The position numbers and the translations under genes were made by a program. Shown here piece after piece: positions 37,130-49,320 of a DNA stretch of 64,000 nt (its first letter is position 1; every line of letters starts with the position of its first letter). Origin of the DNA: Narcine bancroftii (lineage: Eukaryota); the NCBI RefSeq assembly GCF_036971445.1, contig NC_091480.1, positions 89,466,001-89,530,000 on the forward strand, read 5' to 3'. A model generated the notes under the pieces. It saw only the letters and a program-made list of their open reading frames with translations. It did no database searches and had not been told where the DNA came from.

Positions 37130-37920
37130 ATAAACAAATAAATAAACAAAATAGCAGGGTCTTAACCTTGCCAATGTAACACAGGGTTTAGTGTTACAGT
37201 CATTCAAATAGTGCCAGGTATAGGGAAAATTACAGTTAAAAACACGGCAAGAGCATTATCTTTTGCAAATGATAGACCTTTTTAAGAGTAAAAACCGTAG
37301 GAAAGAAACTGTCCTTGAATCTGGAGGATTATGTTTATTCAGGGTCATGTATCTTCTGCCCAATAGAAGGGGGTGGGTTGGGGGGGTGGAGAGAAAGAGA
37401 GTTTCACTGGGATGGGATGGGGTCCTTTAATATGTTGCCAATTTTCCCAAGACAGCGAGAGGTATATAGAGTCGATGATCATGCAGTTTTGCATGATCGC
37501 CTGATCTTCATTCTTGCGGTCTTGGGCAGTGCTGTTCTCCTACCAAGCTGTGACACATTCAGATCAGATACTTTCTGTAAAAGCTGATAAAAGACCTTGG
37601 GGATGTGCCAACCTTTCTCAGGCTTTTGTGAAAGTAAGAGTTGTTGGTTCGCTTTCTGGGCCATAATATTGACATGGTTTGAAAATAATAGGTTGTTGGC
37701 GATATTTACTCCTAAGAATTTGAAGCTCTCCACCATCTCGACCTCAGCCCCATTGAAATGCACAAGGCACATGCTCCACTCTATTTCCTGAAGTTAATAA
37801 GCAACTCCTTCATTTTGCTGATGTTAAGGGAGAAGTTATCTCCATCAAACTCTCTATCTCCTTCATGTACTCCATCTTGGTGTTGTTTGAGATCTTGGCT
37901 AAGATAGTGGTGTCATCTAA
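37130..37920 (-). mobile_element. Rex1/Babar LINE fragment
   Basis: ORF 37479..37772 contains NGAEVEMVESFKFLGVNIANNL. Confidence 0.7.
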
Positions 37921-37975
37921 AAATTGTTCATTTCTTGAACTGTTTCTATCATCTGTGCATAAATACGATTGTTTA

Positions 37976-38213
37976 TTTAACATACATACAGCACTGAACA
38001 GGCCATTTTGGCCCTTGAGTTCATGCTGCCCAATTTACACCCAATTAACCAACACCCCTGATACATTTTTTGAAGGATGGGAGGAAATTGAAGCCCCTGG
38101 TGAAAACCCATGCTGACACAGGGAGAAGGTTCCAACTCATTACAGACAGAGCAGGATTTGAACCCCGACCCCGACAACTGGCACTGTTAAGGCATTGCAC
38201 TAACCTTGCCGCC
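37976..38213 (-). mobile_element. V-SINE
   Basis: Same family as 309-563. Confidence 0.78.
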
Positions 38214-38364
38214 CATCATTTTTTTTTGGAGAATAGAAGGCAATTGCACTGATTGCCAGATCATATCACCCTGTAAATGCAACCAGATACTTTCACTTTT
38301 AATATCTCATTTCCATATAATACACACATCAAAGAGTGTAATTTCTCATCGAAATTAGATCACT

Positions 38365-38576
38365 TGGTTAGTGTAATGGTTGGTGCAATGCTATAACAGT
38401 GCCAGCATCTGGGATTCGAAGCTAGCACTGTCTATAAGGAGTTTGTACGTTCTCCTCATATCTGTGTAGGTTTCCTCAGGGTGTCTGGTTTCCTTCCACT
38501 TTCAAAATGTAGGTTAATTGGGCAAAAAGAGCTCGTGAGCTGGAAGATCCTGTTAACGTCTCTTATATCTAAATTA
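38365..38576 (+). mobile_element. V-SINE
   Basis: ctgtctataaggagtttgtacgttctcc core. Confidence 0.75.
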
Positions 38577-38701
38577 AACTTTGTTCTCATAATATCTATG
38601 ACTGGGGGCTCTTGGAACATTCTGTTTTAATCACTCTGTCACAACCCTGACAAAATCCTAGAAACAGGGGCTGGAAATTGTATTAATGTTTTTAAATGTT
38701 T

Positions 38702-38935
38702 AAATTTAGACATAAAACGTGGTAACAGGCTATTACAGCCCATGAGCCTGTGCTATCCAATTGCACCCAATTAACCTAGAACCCCCCCCCCCCAAACATT
38801 TGGAATGGTGGGATGAAAGCGGGGCACCCGGAGGAAACCCGCACAGACACAGAAAGGCTTGCAGACAGCACTGGATTCGAACCACGGTCTCGATCACTGG
38901 TACAGAAACAGTGTTGTGCTAACCACCACACTAAC
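38702..38935 (-). mobile_element. V-SINE
   Basis: Same family as 309-563. Confidence 0.75.
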
Positions 38936-39504
38936 AATCAAGATTGATTCCCTTATTTAGGTTCTCTTCAGCCATTCCAATACTACCAAATCACCTTTTT
39001 CATGGATTTGAGTCCCCAACCCATCCCTCCAATTCCTCAAAAAAATCCAACATCCCAGTTGTTCATGAAATGATGTCCCATTTTCCACCTCAATATTTCA
39101 CAATATTTCGAGGCAGTTTTAATAATATATATCAAAGAGTGCCCAGTCAGAAAATCAAGTGTTTTTCCTCCAATTTATGGATTATCTTGGTGGGATAGAA
39201 CAAGGCCATGTGAGTATGAGATTAGGATCCAATGAATTGAAATGTTTGGCTACTGGGAGATCCCTGTCACTGATGCGAACAGAGGGAAGGTGCTCAGCGA
39301 AGCGATCTCCCTGCCTGAGCTATGTAAAGAAAGCCAGAAAGGGAGCACTGACCAGATGCAACAGATCACTCCCTCGAATACAAAAGTGAATTTAATGACT
39401 TTAAATATTATGTGGAGCAATGATAATGCACCTTTTAAAGAAAATTGATCACCAAGTCATTCAAGGAAAACTTGTTGTCATTAATGGTTTCATTGTTATG
39501 GAGT

Positions 39505-39711
39505 CATGGAAACAGGCCCTTCACCCAAATATACCAATCAACTGACAACGCCTGTACATGTCGAAGGGTGGGTGGAAACCAGAGCACCTGGGGAAAACCG
39601 ATGCAGACATGGGAAGAATGTAGAAACTCCTTACAGACAGTGCCAGATTTGAACATGAGTCGTTGGCGCTGTAATAGCAATGTGCTAACCGCTACTCTAA
39701 CTGTGCTGTCC
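39505..39711 (-). mobile_element. V-SINE
   Basis: Same family as 309-563. Confidence 0.72.
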
Positions 39712-39974
39712 TACGCCCTCAGTAGAGCTGTTGACGAAATAGACTATTGACTATTTTAATTTAAGCTGCTTGTCTCTTCACCAAACCAACTAGACCCACT
39801 TATTGGTGGACACTGAAAATAGTAAAAATGCAGTCCAGAAGTAAAACACGAAGGTCTGTAGACACTGAGTTTGAGATAAAAACACAACCCTGGAGAAACT
39901 CAGCGGGTCAAATTGTGTACTTCATACAGCAAAGACAACGTTTCAGGCTTGAGCCCTTCATCAAAGTATGAGAG

Positions 39975-40565
39975 GCAGTCCATTTGAGCTCAACATGAAC
40001 CAGATGTTAAATAAAATTACAGAAAGCAATATACCAAAAAACCCAGAGATCTTCCTCCTAAGTAAAATAAAAAACAAAGAATTTGGACTTGATTTGGATG
40101 GTGCACAAAAAAGATTTGTTATGATAGCTCTAGCCGTAGAAAAAAAATGTATTATGTCAGCCTGGAAATTAGAAGATAACTTGAGAATACAACAATGGTA
40201 TATAGAAATGAATAAATGTATACCATTAGAAAAAATACCATAATTTAAGAAATAATATTGAAATATTTGAACAAATATGGGAGCCATACATGAAACACAA
40301 TAGAGAAAACCTACCGGGGACATTTACCACCTAAATTAATGGAAGGAGAAGGAAATGAAAAGAAGAATTTCTTGTTTATTTTTATTGATTGACAACATTG
40401 TTTGACTGGTTTAATGTATCTTAGATTCTGTACTTTAAATGAATGGGAGGGGAGGTAGGGAGGGTGGGATGGGGAGAGGGGGGGGAGAAAACGACACTAT
40501 ATATTTGAAAAGGAAAAAGTATGTATCTTGGTCAATGTGGTTTATGGTGTGAAAAAATTTTTAAA
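39975..40565 (+). mobile_element. young L1-clade LINE 3' fragment
   Basis: ORF 39968..40243 (NKITESNIPKNPEIFLL...QQWYIEMNKCIPLEKI) matches the 30299 and 44575 copies. A G-rich 3' UTR follows. Confidence 0.85.
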
Positions 40566-41169
40566 AAAACAGATTTCTCTGCATTTGTGCCCACGTGGAT
40601 CGAACCACAATCTAAAATATTCACCAAATAAATCAGATCAATTTTTGTGCAAGATAGTTACCAATGTCACTAAGTTCAAGTCTCGAATCTTTTACATTTA
40701 TTCATCAAGCCATCTAATCAAATTAAACTCTGTCACCACACTGCCTCACGCGCGGGAGCGCATCCAAATTGGACTTGCCTGAGGAGCTCTCATCGGTGAA
40801 TTTTCAGTTGGGGCTTCTCGGTCATTAGGAAAAAGACATTTATCTGGCTTTTTAAAATGTAATTGTCCTCTTCACTGAGATATGGGTTGCATTGTCTATA
40901 CAATTGAATGTTTTATTTGTAATCCATGTACAAACAGCGTGAATATTTAAAAGCCTTACCCAATTGCAGGTTTCTAAGTACAGGGTCAGAAAATGATTAC
41001 AAATTTAAATGTTAAGGATCAGTTTAATTGTGTACGCTGGAATGGATTTCAATTGCACTCATTCCCAAACCAAATGAGCAGAGGGAAATGCTGCTCAACA
41101 TAAGAATGTAATGGCATGGTGCTACCTTCACCAGTGATTGGCCAAGTAAGGTTACAAAGAAAGACAGAT

Positions 41170-43650
41170 AATGAACATGGTAGAGCTAATAGGCTGAAGT
41201 GCATTTATTCTATGCAAGAAGAATCCTGGCTAAGGCAGATAAACTTTGGCCCTGGATTAGTACAATGAACCACAGCATTGTGGGCTTTTAGCCAATTGGT
41301 TGAGAGAAAGACAGGACTGTCAGCTCTATGTTCCAGGAGGTTTCAGACACAACAGAGAGGGGTGTCAAAATGATGGGAGAGTTGCAATGCTAATCATCAA
41401 GGCTGCCACAATGGCATTTAAAGAGAATGTCTTGGAGGGTCACACAGTGAAACCATATGGGTGGAGCTCAGGAATAAGAAAAGTCCATCACTATGATGGA
41501 GTTATGCTTTAATTTCTCCAATATTGACTGAGGCTTAAATGAAGCAGTGTGTGTTAGGTGCATCCAGTAAGGTTTCTTGACACAGTATGCTGATTATCCA
41601 ACCAGGGATGGGAACACAGTAGATTTATTGGGAAATGAGTCTATCCATGCGATTGGCATAGCAGTGGGAGAGTTATTTGGGAATAGTGATCATAACTCTG
41701 TATGTTTTCAGATAGTTACGGATAAAGTAAAGGCTGGACCTTGGGGAAAAGTGAAAGTGCTAAATTGGTGAAAGGCTAATTATGACAATATTAGGCAGGA
41801 GCTGGGGAGAGTAGATTGGGAGCAGCTGTTATAGGGTAAGCCCACATCCGACATGTGGGAGTCGTTTAAGGCCAGCTTGTCAGAAATCAAGACCAACACA
41901 TTCCTGTGAGGAATAAACACAAGGATGGACAGATTTGGGAACATTGAATGACAAGCGATGTTGCAAATTTAGTCAGAAAGAAAAAGGAAACATATGTAAA
42001 GTTTAGAAGTCTGAAATTGGACAGAGCCTTCCAGAATTATAAAGAATGCAAGAAAGAACTTAAACAGGGAATTGAAGGATGAAAAGGAACCATGAAATGC
42101 CTTTGGTGAGTAGGATTCAAGAAAATTACTTGGCATTTTATACATAGATTAAGAACAAGAGGTAACCAGGGAGAGGATAAGATCACTCAAGGACAAAGGA
42201 AGGGATTTGCAGCTGGAGATAGAAGAAGTGAGTGAGGTACTACACAAATGCATTGCATCAGTATAATGGGGAAAAGTGAGATTGGGAGGGGAGAGGGTAC
42301 ACTGATATTCTTGGGTGTTTTAATATTAAGGAGGAAGAAGAATTATGGGGTTTGGAGAATATTAAGGTGGACAAGTTTGCAAGATCTGATGGTATCTAAT
42401 GCTGACGTCTGTATTCTCTTTAGCCTCAGAAGTAATCCCTATGTCATAGGTGGTCTGTGATTAGTAAGGGATTGCTTAAGGTGGTATGTGGGTGGAAAGA
42501 AAAAGGTTGAAAACCACTGTTTTAATTGTACCTAATTGACTTGTTATGTGCGCAGTTTCACAACTCCAAAGAAAATGGGCCACTGACAATTTTTCTCAAG
42601 CAAAATACTTCAGTAACAATTGGGTCTAGAGCAGTGCTTCTCAACCTTCCCTTCCCACTCATACACCACCTTAAGCAATCCCTGACTAATCACAGAGCAC
42701 CCATAGCATTGGGATTACTTAAAGTGGTATGTGAGTGGAAAGAAAAAGGTTGGGAACCACTGGCCTAGAGAGTAGTGGAAGAGGGATTCTATTCTGATTT
42801 GAGGCTGACTAATAAGTTTGCGAATGACACAAAAACTAGTGAGGAACGTTGGCACAAAATTCTCAGCAGGGATATAGACCAGTCAGAAAAGTGGTTGGTG
42901 AAATGGTGGATGGAATTTAATCTGGGCAAGTGTGAGATGTTGCACTTTGGGAAGTCGAATATAAATGGGAAGTATACAGTAAAATTCGCAAACCTCGGGA
43001 CCATTGATCTCGGGGCATAAGTCCATAACTTACTGAAAGTAATAAACCAAATAGTCAAGGTGATCTAGGAAGCTTACAGCAGCCTTGCTTGCATTGGTTG
43101 TATAAAAGTCTGGAAGTCACATTGCAACTTTATACTGTAAAACTTTAATTCGGCCACATTTAGGCAGTTCCAGTACTTTGACTGTAGGAAGGATATGGAA
43201 GCTTTGGAAAGTGTACGGAAGAGGTTTATCAGGACGCTACCTGGATTAGCGAGTATTAGATATAAGGAAAGGATGGACAAACCTGGATTGTTTTCTCTAA
43301 AGTGCCAGAGGATAGGGTGATCTGATGGGAGTATATTTTTCTCAGTGCAGAAATTTCAAAAACTATTGGGCCTAGTTCGATGGTGAGAGGAAGGAAGTTT
43401 AAAGAGGAATTATAAATCCATTCTTTCACACAAAGACTGATCAATATCTGGCACATACTGAGAGAAGAAGTGGAGGAAACAGGTAGAATCATATCATTTA
43501 AGAAGCGTTTGGACAACACATGAAATGGAAGGAAATGAAGAGATATAAACCATGCACAGCAGATGGGATTCATTACAAGTGGCATTATGATCTGCATAGA
43601 CATCACAGGGCAAAGAATATGGTCCTGTGCTCTACTGTTCTATGTTCTCT
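41170..43650 (+). mobile_element. long degenerate CR1 LINE (endonuclease to 3' end), interrupted by a hAT MITE
   Basis: LTQYADYPTRDGNTVDLL...GNSDHNSV endonuclease motif, KFANDTK...WWMEFNLGKCEMLHFGK RT motif and a (ttctatg)n tail at about 43640. Confidence 0.8.
42430..42762. mobile_element. composite hAT-Charlie-like MITE (left end truncated)
   Basis: Reverse-complement homolog of 61899-62272, ending gggaaccactg. Confidence 0.8.
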
Positions 43651-43682
43651 GTTGGCAAAAATAATTAGCTGATTATTTAATT

Positions 43683-44034
43683 CAGTGATTTCCACTCGCA
43701 TACCACCTTTAGTAATCCCTATGCCATAGATGCTCTGTGATTAGTAAGGGATTACTTAAGATGGTATGTGAGTGGGGGGAGGGGGGGGGGGGAAAGTTGA
43801 GAATTACTGCTCTCAACCCAATTGTTACTGCAACATTTTGCTTGAGAAAAATGGTCATTGGCCCATTTTCTTTGGAGTTATGAAACCGTGCACATTATGA
43901 GTCAATTAGGGACAGTGGTTTTCAAACTTTTTCTTTCCACTCACATACCACCTTAAGTAATCCCTTACTAATCAACGAACACCTATGGTACAGGGAATAC
44001 TTGAGGTGGTGTGCGAGTGGAAAGAAAAAGTTTG
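43683..44034. mobile_element. composite hAT-Charlie-like MITE (degenerate ends)
   Basis: Same orientation and internal spacer as 61899-62272. Confidence 0.8.
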
Positions 44035-44574
44035 ATTTAAATGAATTATCTTTTCGACTACTGTATGCAACGACTTGAGAAAAATATATCTGTCATTACC
44101 CACTCATTGTGCCAGTGCAATCAAGCCTGGGGCTCAACAGCAGAGCTTACAATCAGTTTCTTATTAAAGTTCAATTTCTGATTAATGATAATATCTGAAG
44201 AATAGTCTCACCATCCACAACTTGGCACCCAAATGATTATTCAAAAATGGAAATATTTCTGGCAAAGGTTGTCATAGTTTTGACACCATCACATATGCAG
44301 TCATTTGCCAAGCACCCCAAGAGTGAATGCCATGAGGAGGAACATGCAACAGACAATCAGGCTTATGTTCTCAAAGTGATGCTTGTATGGTGTGCGTTTT
44401 TATTTGCCCTTTGTATTGCTTAAGAAAATTATGAATGGAAAAATAAAATCCAATCTTTAATTAACTTTTTCAATTGAAAGTTTTGAGTTACTGAGTTTAC
44501 GAGAGAGAAAATGCTGAACTTTCTCCATATCAAACTTTTTTTTTGTTTACTCTGAAGCTGACATTTATGTTTTT

Positions 44575-46086
44575 AAATTTTTTTTATTTTTCACACTATG
44601 AACCATATCGACCAAAATACACATAAACATTTCCCTCTTGAATATACAGTGTCATTTTCTCCCCTTTCCCCCCTCCATTCCCTCCCTCCTTCCGACCCCC
44701 CTCCCGACCCACTCAACGTTCAACATATATGATACATTAAACAATGTCATCACACAATGAAAATAAACAAGAAAATTGTGTATCATCTACTTTTACATAC
44801 TGGGTCAGTTCATTTCGTCTTCTTCTCATTCTGTCATTTTAGGGGGTGGAGGTCTGCAGTAGGACTTCTCTGTTGTCTTCCATGTACGGTTCCCAAATTT
44901 GTTCGAATACTGTGATGTTATTTCTTAAATTATATGTTATTTTTTCCAATGGAATACATTTATTAATTTCTATGTACCATTGCTGTATTCTCAGGCTCTC
45001 TTCTGATTTCCAGGTTGACATAATACATTTTTTTGCTACAGCTAAGACTATTATAATAAATCTTTTTTGTGCTCCATCCAAATCGAGGCCAAGTTCTTAT
45101 ATTACTTAGAAGAAAGATCTCTGGATTTTTTGGTATGTTGCTTTTCGTGATTTTATTTAATACCTGATTTAGATCTTCCCAAAACTTTTCCTTTCTCACA
45201 TGCTCAAATTGCATGTACTGTTGTTCCCGTTTCCTTTTTACAGCGAAAACATCTATCTGATACTGTTGGGTCCCATTTATTTAACTTTTGGGGTGTGGTG
45301 TATAGCCTGTGTAACCAATTATATTGTATCATGCGTAACCTCGTGTTTATTGTATTTCTCATAGTTCCGGAGCATAGCTTTTCCCATGTTTCATTCTTTA
45401 TCTTTATGTTTAGATCTCGTTCCCACTTTTGTTTGGGTTTACAGCTTATTTCATCGTTCTCCTTCTCTTGTAGTTTGATGTACATGTTTGTTATAAATCT
45501 TTTAATTATCATTGTGTCTGTAATCACATATTCAAAATTGCTTCCTTCTGGTAACCTCAGCCTGCTTCCCAATTTGTCCTTCAAGTAGGTTTTCAGTTGG
45601 TGGTATGCAAACATTGTACCATGAGTTATACCATATTTGCACTTCATTTGTTCAAAAGATAATAATTTATTTCCCGAAAAACAATTTTCTATTCTTTTGA
45701 TCCCTTTTCCCTTCCATTCTCTAAAGGAAAGGTTATCTATTGTGAAAGGGATTAGTTGATTTTGCGTCAATATTAATTTTGGTAGTTGGTCATTTGTTTT
45801 TTTTCCTTTCTACGTGAATCTTCTTCCAAATGTTGAGCAGATGGTGCAGTACTGGTGTAGTCCCATGTTGCACCAGCTTTTCATCCCACTTATATAGTAT
45901 ATGTTCAGGACCCTTCTCCCCTATTTTATCTAGCTCTAATCTGGTCCAATCTGGTTTTTCCCTTGTTTGATAAAAATCTGATAGGTATCTTAATTGTGCT
46001 GCTCTATAATAATTCTTAACGTTTGTTAGCTGTAAGCCCCCTTGTTTGTACCATTCTGTTAATTTATCTAGCGCTATCCTCGGTTA
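44575..46086 (-). mobile_element. young L1-clade LINE, 1.5-kb 3' fragment
   Basis: ORFs 45204..45770, 44963..45214 and 44839..45081 are consecutive pieces of L1 ORF2. The 13-bp TSD ACATTTATGTTTT is at 44561-44573 and 46087-46099. Confidence 0.9.
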
Positions 46087-46194
46087 ACATTTATGTTTTA
46101 ATGGTTGAAGATATTTGTTTCTTTCTGCTTCAGTAGCCTCATAAATGCTGGAAATTCATATCTCGTGCAAGTAATCACGACGATGTGTTTATTG

Positions 46195-47060
46195 TCGTAT
46201 ACTTGCGGGACTCAACATCAATAATCAACAACTCAACAGGGTTCTGGACTTCCTAACGGAAAGACCACATTCTGTCCAGGTCAGCAGCAGAGCGAATAGC
46301 ACCATCGCACTGAGCACTAGGGCACCTCAGGGCTCTGTGTTCAGCCCATACCTTAAGGTATGCTGAGTCCTTACTGTTCACGCTACTGACCTATGGACTG
46401 CATCACCAGATCCAGCTCCAAAAGTGTCATCAAGTTTGCAGGACACAACAGGAGTCGGCCTCATCAACTACAACGATGAGTCGCACTATAGAAAGCAGGT
46501 GGAAAAATCTCATGAAATGGTGAAAGAATAACAACCTGAGTCTCAAAGTGGACAAGAAAAAAGGAAATGATTGTGGATTTTAGGAAGACCAGAGACAACC
46601 ACCCTCCACTACACATTAATTGCTCAGTAATAGACAGAGTAGGGGGAAACAAGTTCCTCGTAGTCCACTTAAGGAATGATCTATTGTGAGCACACGACAT
46701 CTCACTTGTCGGGAAGGCACAACAGTGTCTGCAACGAGGTGGGCAGGCTACCAGCCACCATTCTGTCAACTTTCTACAGGGGATCTATCCAGAACGTCCT
46801 GGCTGGCTGCATCACAGTGTGGTATCAATAATGCAGAGGAGCAGCAGAGAGGATCACTGGGATTTCCTTCCCCCCCATTTTCATGATCTACCAGGATTGT
46901 TATCTGAAGAGGGCACACAAAATTGTTGAGAACCCCTATCAACCCCACATTCAGCATCTTCCAGCTACTCCCAGTGGGAAAGATGTACAGAAGTGTCAGA
47001 GCCAGAACCAACCAGGCTGAAAAACAGCTTCATCCCACAGGCAGTGAGAACCTGAAACAA
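46195..47060 (+). mobile_element. Rex1/Babar LINE RT-to-3' fragment
   Basis: gcacctcagggctctgtgttcagccc (APQGSVFSP), aagtttgca (KFA), gaaatgattgtggattttagg (EMIVDFR) and ctactcccagtgggaaagatgtac. Confidence 0.75.
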
Positions 47061-47229
47061 TGTATGCATATAATAAATAGATTGATTTTGGCAAAGTAGG
47101 AGATTTATGGGGAAAAGGCAGGTAAGAGGAGCTGAGTCCATGGCCAAAATAGCCATGATCCTATTCATTGTAATATAATATTGCACAGGTCTAGATGCCT
47201 AGCTATAAGAAGATATCATCCATTTGAAA

Positions 47230-47640
47230 GGGTGCATTAAAATTCACGTGATTGGAGATCTTGACTTGTGAGGAGATGTGGAATGTCTCGGGATGATTTT
47301 CTCTGGAAAATGGGTGGCTGAGAAGCAACCTTGTAAAGGTTCTTGTAATCATTAGATGAACAGCCTTAGCTTCTCCCCAGGGTAGGGAGAGTCTAAAACC
47401 AGAGGGCATAGGTTTCGGGTGAAGGGACAAAGATGTACAAGAGCCCTGAAGGGCAAGTTTTCTCACAGAGGGTGTAGGGTAAATAGAGAGGTTGTGACAT
47501 TTAAAAGATATTTGGACAGGTACTTGGATGGGAAAGGAGGGACGTGGACCAAAAATGGTGCATGTCAACCAAGTTGACTCTCTGAGCTAGTCCCAAGCAA
47601 GTGCGGCCAACGGACCTATTTCCACACTCTCTAGCTCTAA
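47230..47640 (+). mobile_element. CR1 LINE 3' fragment
   Basis: aaaaccagagggcataggttt (TRGHRF)...acatttaaaagatatttggacagg. Confidence 0.6.
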
Positions 47641-48500
47641 TTTGACCTTCTTTTGCTCAGTCATCTTTTGCCTTCATGAAATCATGGACATTTTCTACAT
47701 AACAGTAACTATGTAATTGTGATGTGTTGTCATCACCCTCATTCATTGCACTCTTGACAAAATCAAAGATTTCCTCTTTGAATGTCTTGGTGAGTACCAC
47801 CGTTAGAATAGACAATAAACATGACCTCACTGCAAAGCCTCCATTGCACAAACAAAAACTTAGAATGTGCTATCATATTTCTGCTATTTTTCATCGACTT
47901 TTAGTTGAAAGGTTTTTAACCTGTTTACTGACTGCAGTATAACCAATGTGCTTTCAGAAAAAAATGCACAAATAAGCATGTCTCTGTGTATGTAACACAA
48001 CAGTTGAGCCTTTCATTGAGTATTTATTCTCTTTTAAAAGCACTTAAATAGTCAACATGAGTGACTGGACAGGTGAAACCTTTGTAAATTGCTTAGAAGT
48101 TAGAAGAAAATCCTGTCATTTCTGAAATACTGGATCTAACTACCTGTTTATGTGACATTTTTAAATATTAAAAATGTCATTGCAGTTTGAAATTTGACAT
48201 TCCGACCCCATTTAAAATATTTTCTCAAGGATTTACTTTAGACTTGTTTATATGCGAGCTTTTTGGCGGATGTCAATTTTTCCCCAGAAATAATAATAGA
48301 GTTAGCTCAAGTTGGCATTTGTCACAGAATAAAAATATGGCTCTTGCTGTTGTCTGTCAAATACTTGTGGTTTTTAAAGCCATCTAGGCATTGGGCTTTT
48401 GCTGGTCCATTAGTCATTACCCATGCCTGACAAACTATTTAGTGATTTATGTAAAATTATTAGCGTATGATGTAGCCTCTACTCTCAAGGCATAGACAGG

Positions 48501-48978
48501 ATGATTGCATCTCATCACAGTGAGCTGCTGTCAATCCAGCTTCAAGCATGAAGGGACAGTCTGTACAACCATTGCACATGTCCTCAAATTTATTATTATA
48601 CTGTTTTGGGCAGAACCCAATTGTTAATGATTCATTAAGTCTGGATGTGTCCAGAAGCTGCCAGCTGAGGTGGTGAATTCAGGCTCCATTTTAACATTTA
48701 AGAAGAATTGAGACAGGGAGAGGTATGGAGGGCTATGGATTGGGTGCAGGTCAGTGGGACTAGGCAAAAAAAAATGGTTCGGCACAGACTGGAAGGGCCG
48801 AAGGAACCTGTTTTTGTGCTGTTGACTTCAATGGTTCTATGATTGCATCTCTTCACAGTGAGCTGCTGTCAATCCCGTTTCAGGCATGAAGGGACAGTCT
48901 ATTCAACCATTGCACACGTCCTCAAGTTTATTTATTACACTGTTTTCGGCAGATCCCACGTGCCTAATGATTTGTTAA
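48501..48978 (+). repeat. diverged direct duplication of about 138 bp (48501-48638 and 48839-48978) bracketing a CR1 3' tip
   Basis: atgattgcatctc...tgagctgctgtcaatcc...gcatgaagggacagtct...aaccattgcaca occurs twice. A CR1 tail lies at 48639-48840. Confidence 0.85.
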
Positions 48979-49110
48979 ATACTGCTTCCTCCTGTCCATC
49001 AAGATCAGACTTACTTTACCTCCAAACCATAACTTGCTTCTGTCCCTCTTTTTGTGTCTAAATTTTAACTCTTATCCCAAATTTGATTTTTGTAATGATT
49101 TTATGTAATA

Positions 49111-49320
49111 TCCTTTGAAGAAGACCACAGAGCCCACCTCACTGACAAAAGACAAAGGAGGAAAAACCCAACACCCAACCCCAACCCACCAATTTTCCCC
49201 TGCAACCGTGTCTGCCTGCCCCACATCGGACTTGTCAGCCACAATCGAGCCTGCAGCTGACGTGGACTTTTACCCCCCTCCATAAATCTTCATCCGCGAA
49301 GCCAAGCCAAAGAAAAAAAG
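49111..49320 (+). mobile_element. RTE LINE 3' tip
   Basis: tcctttgaagaagaccacagagccc...cataaatcttcatccgcgaagccaagccaaaga. Confidence 0.9.
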
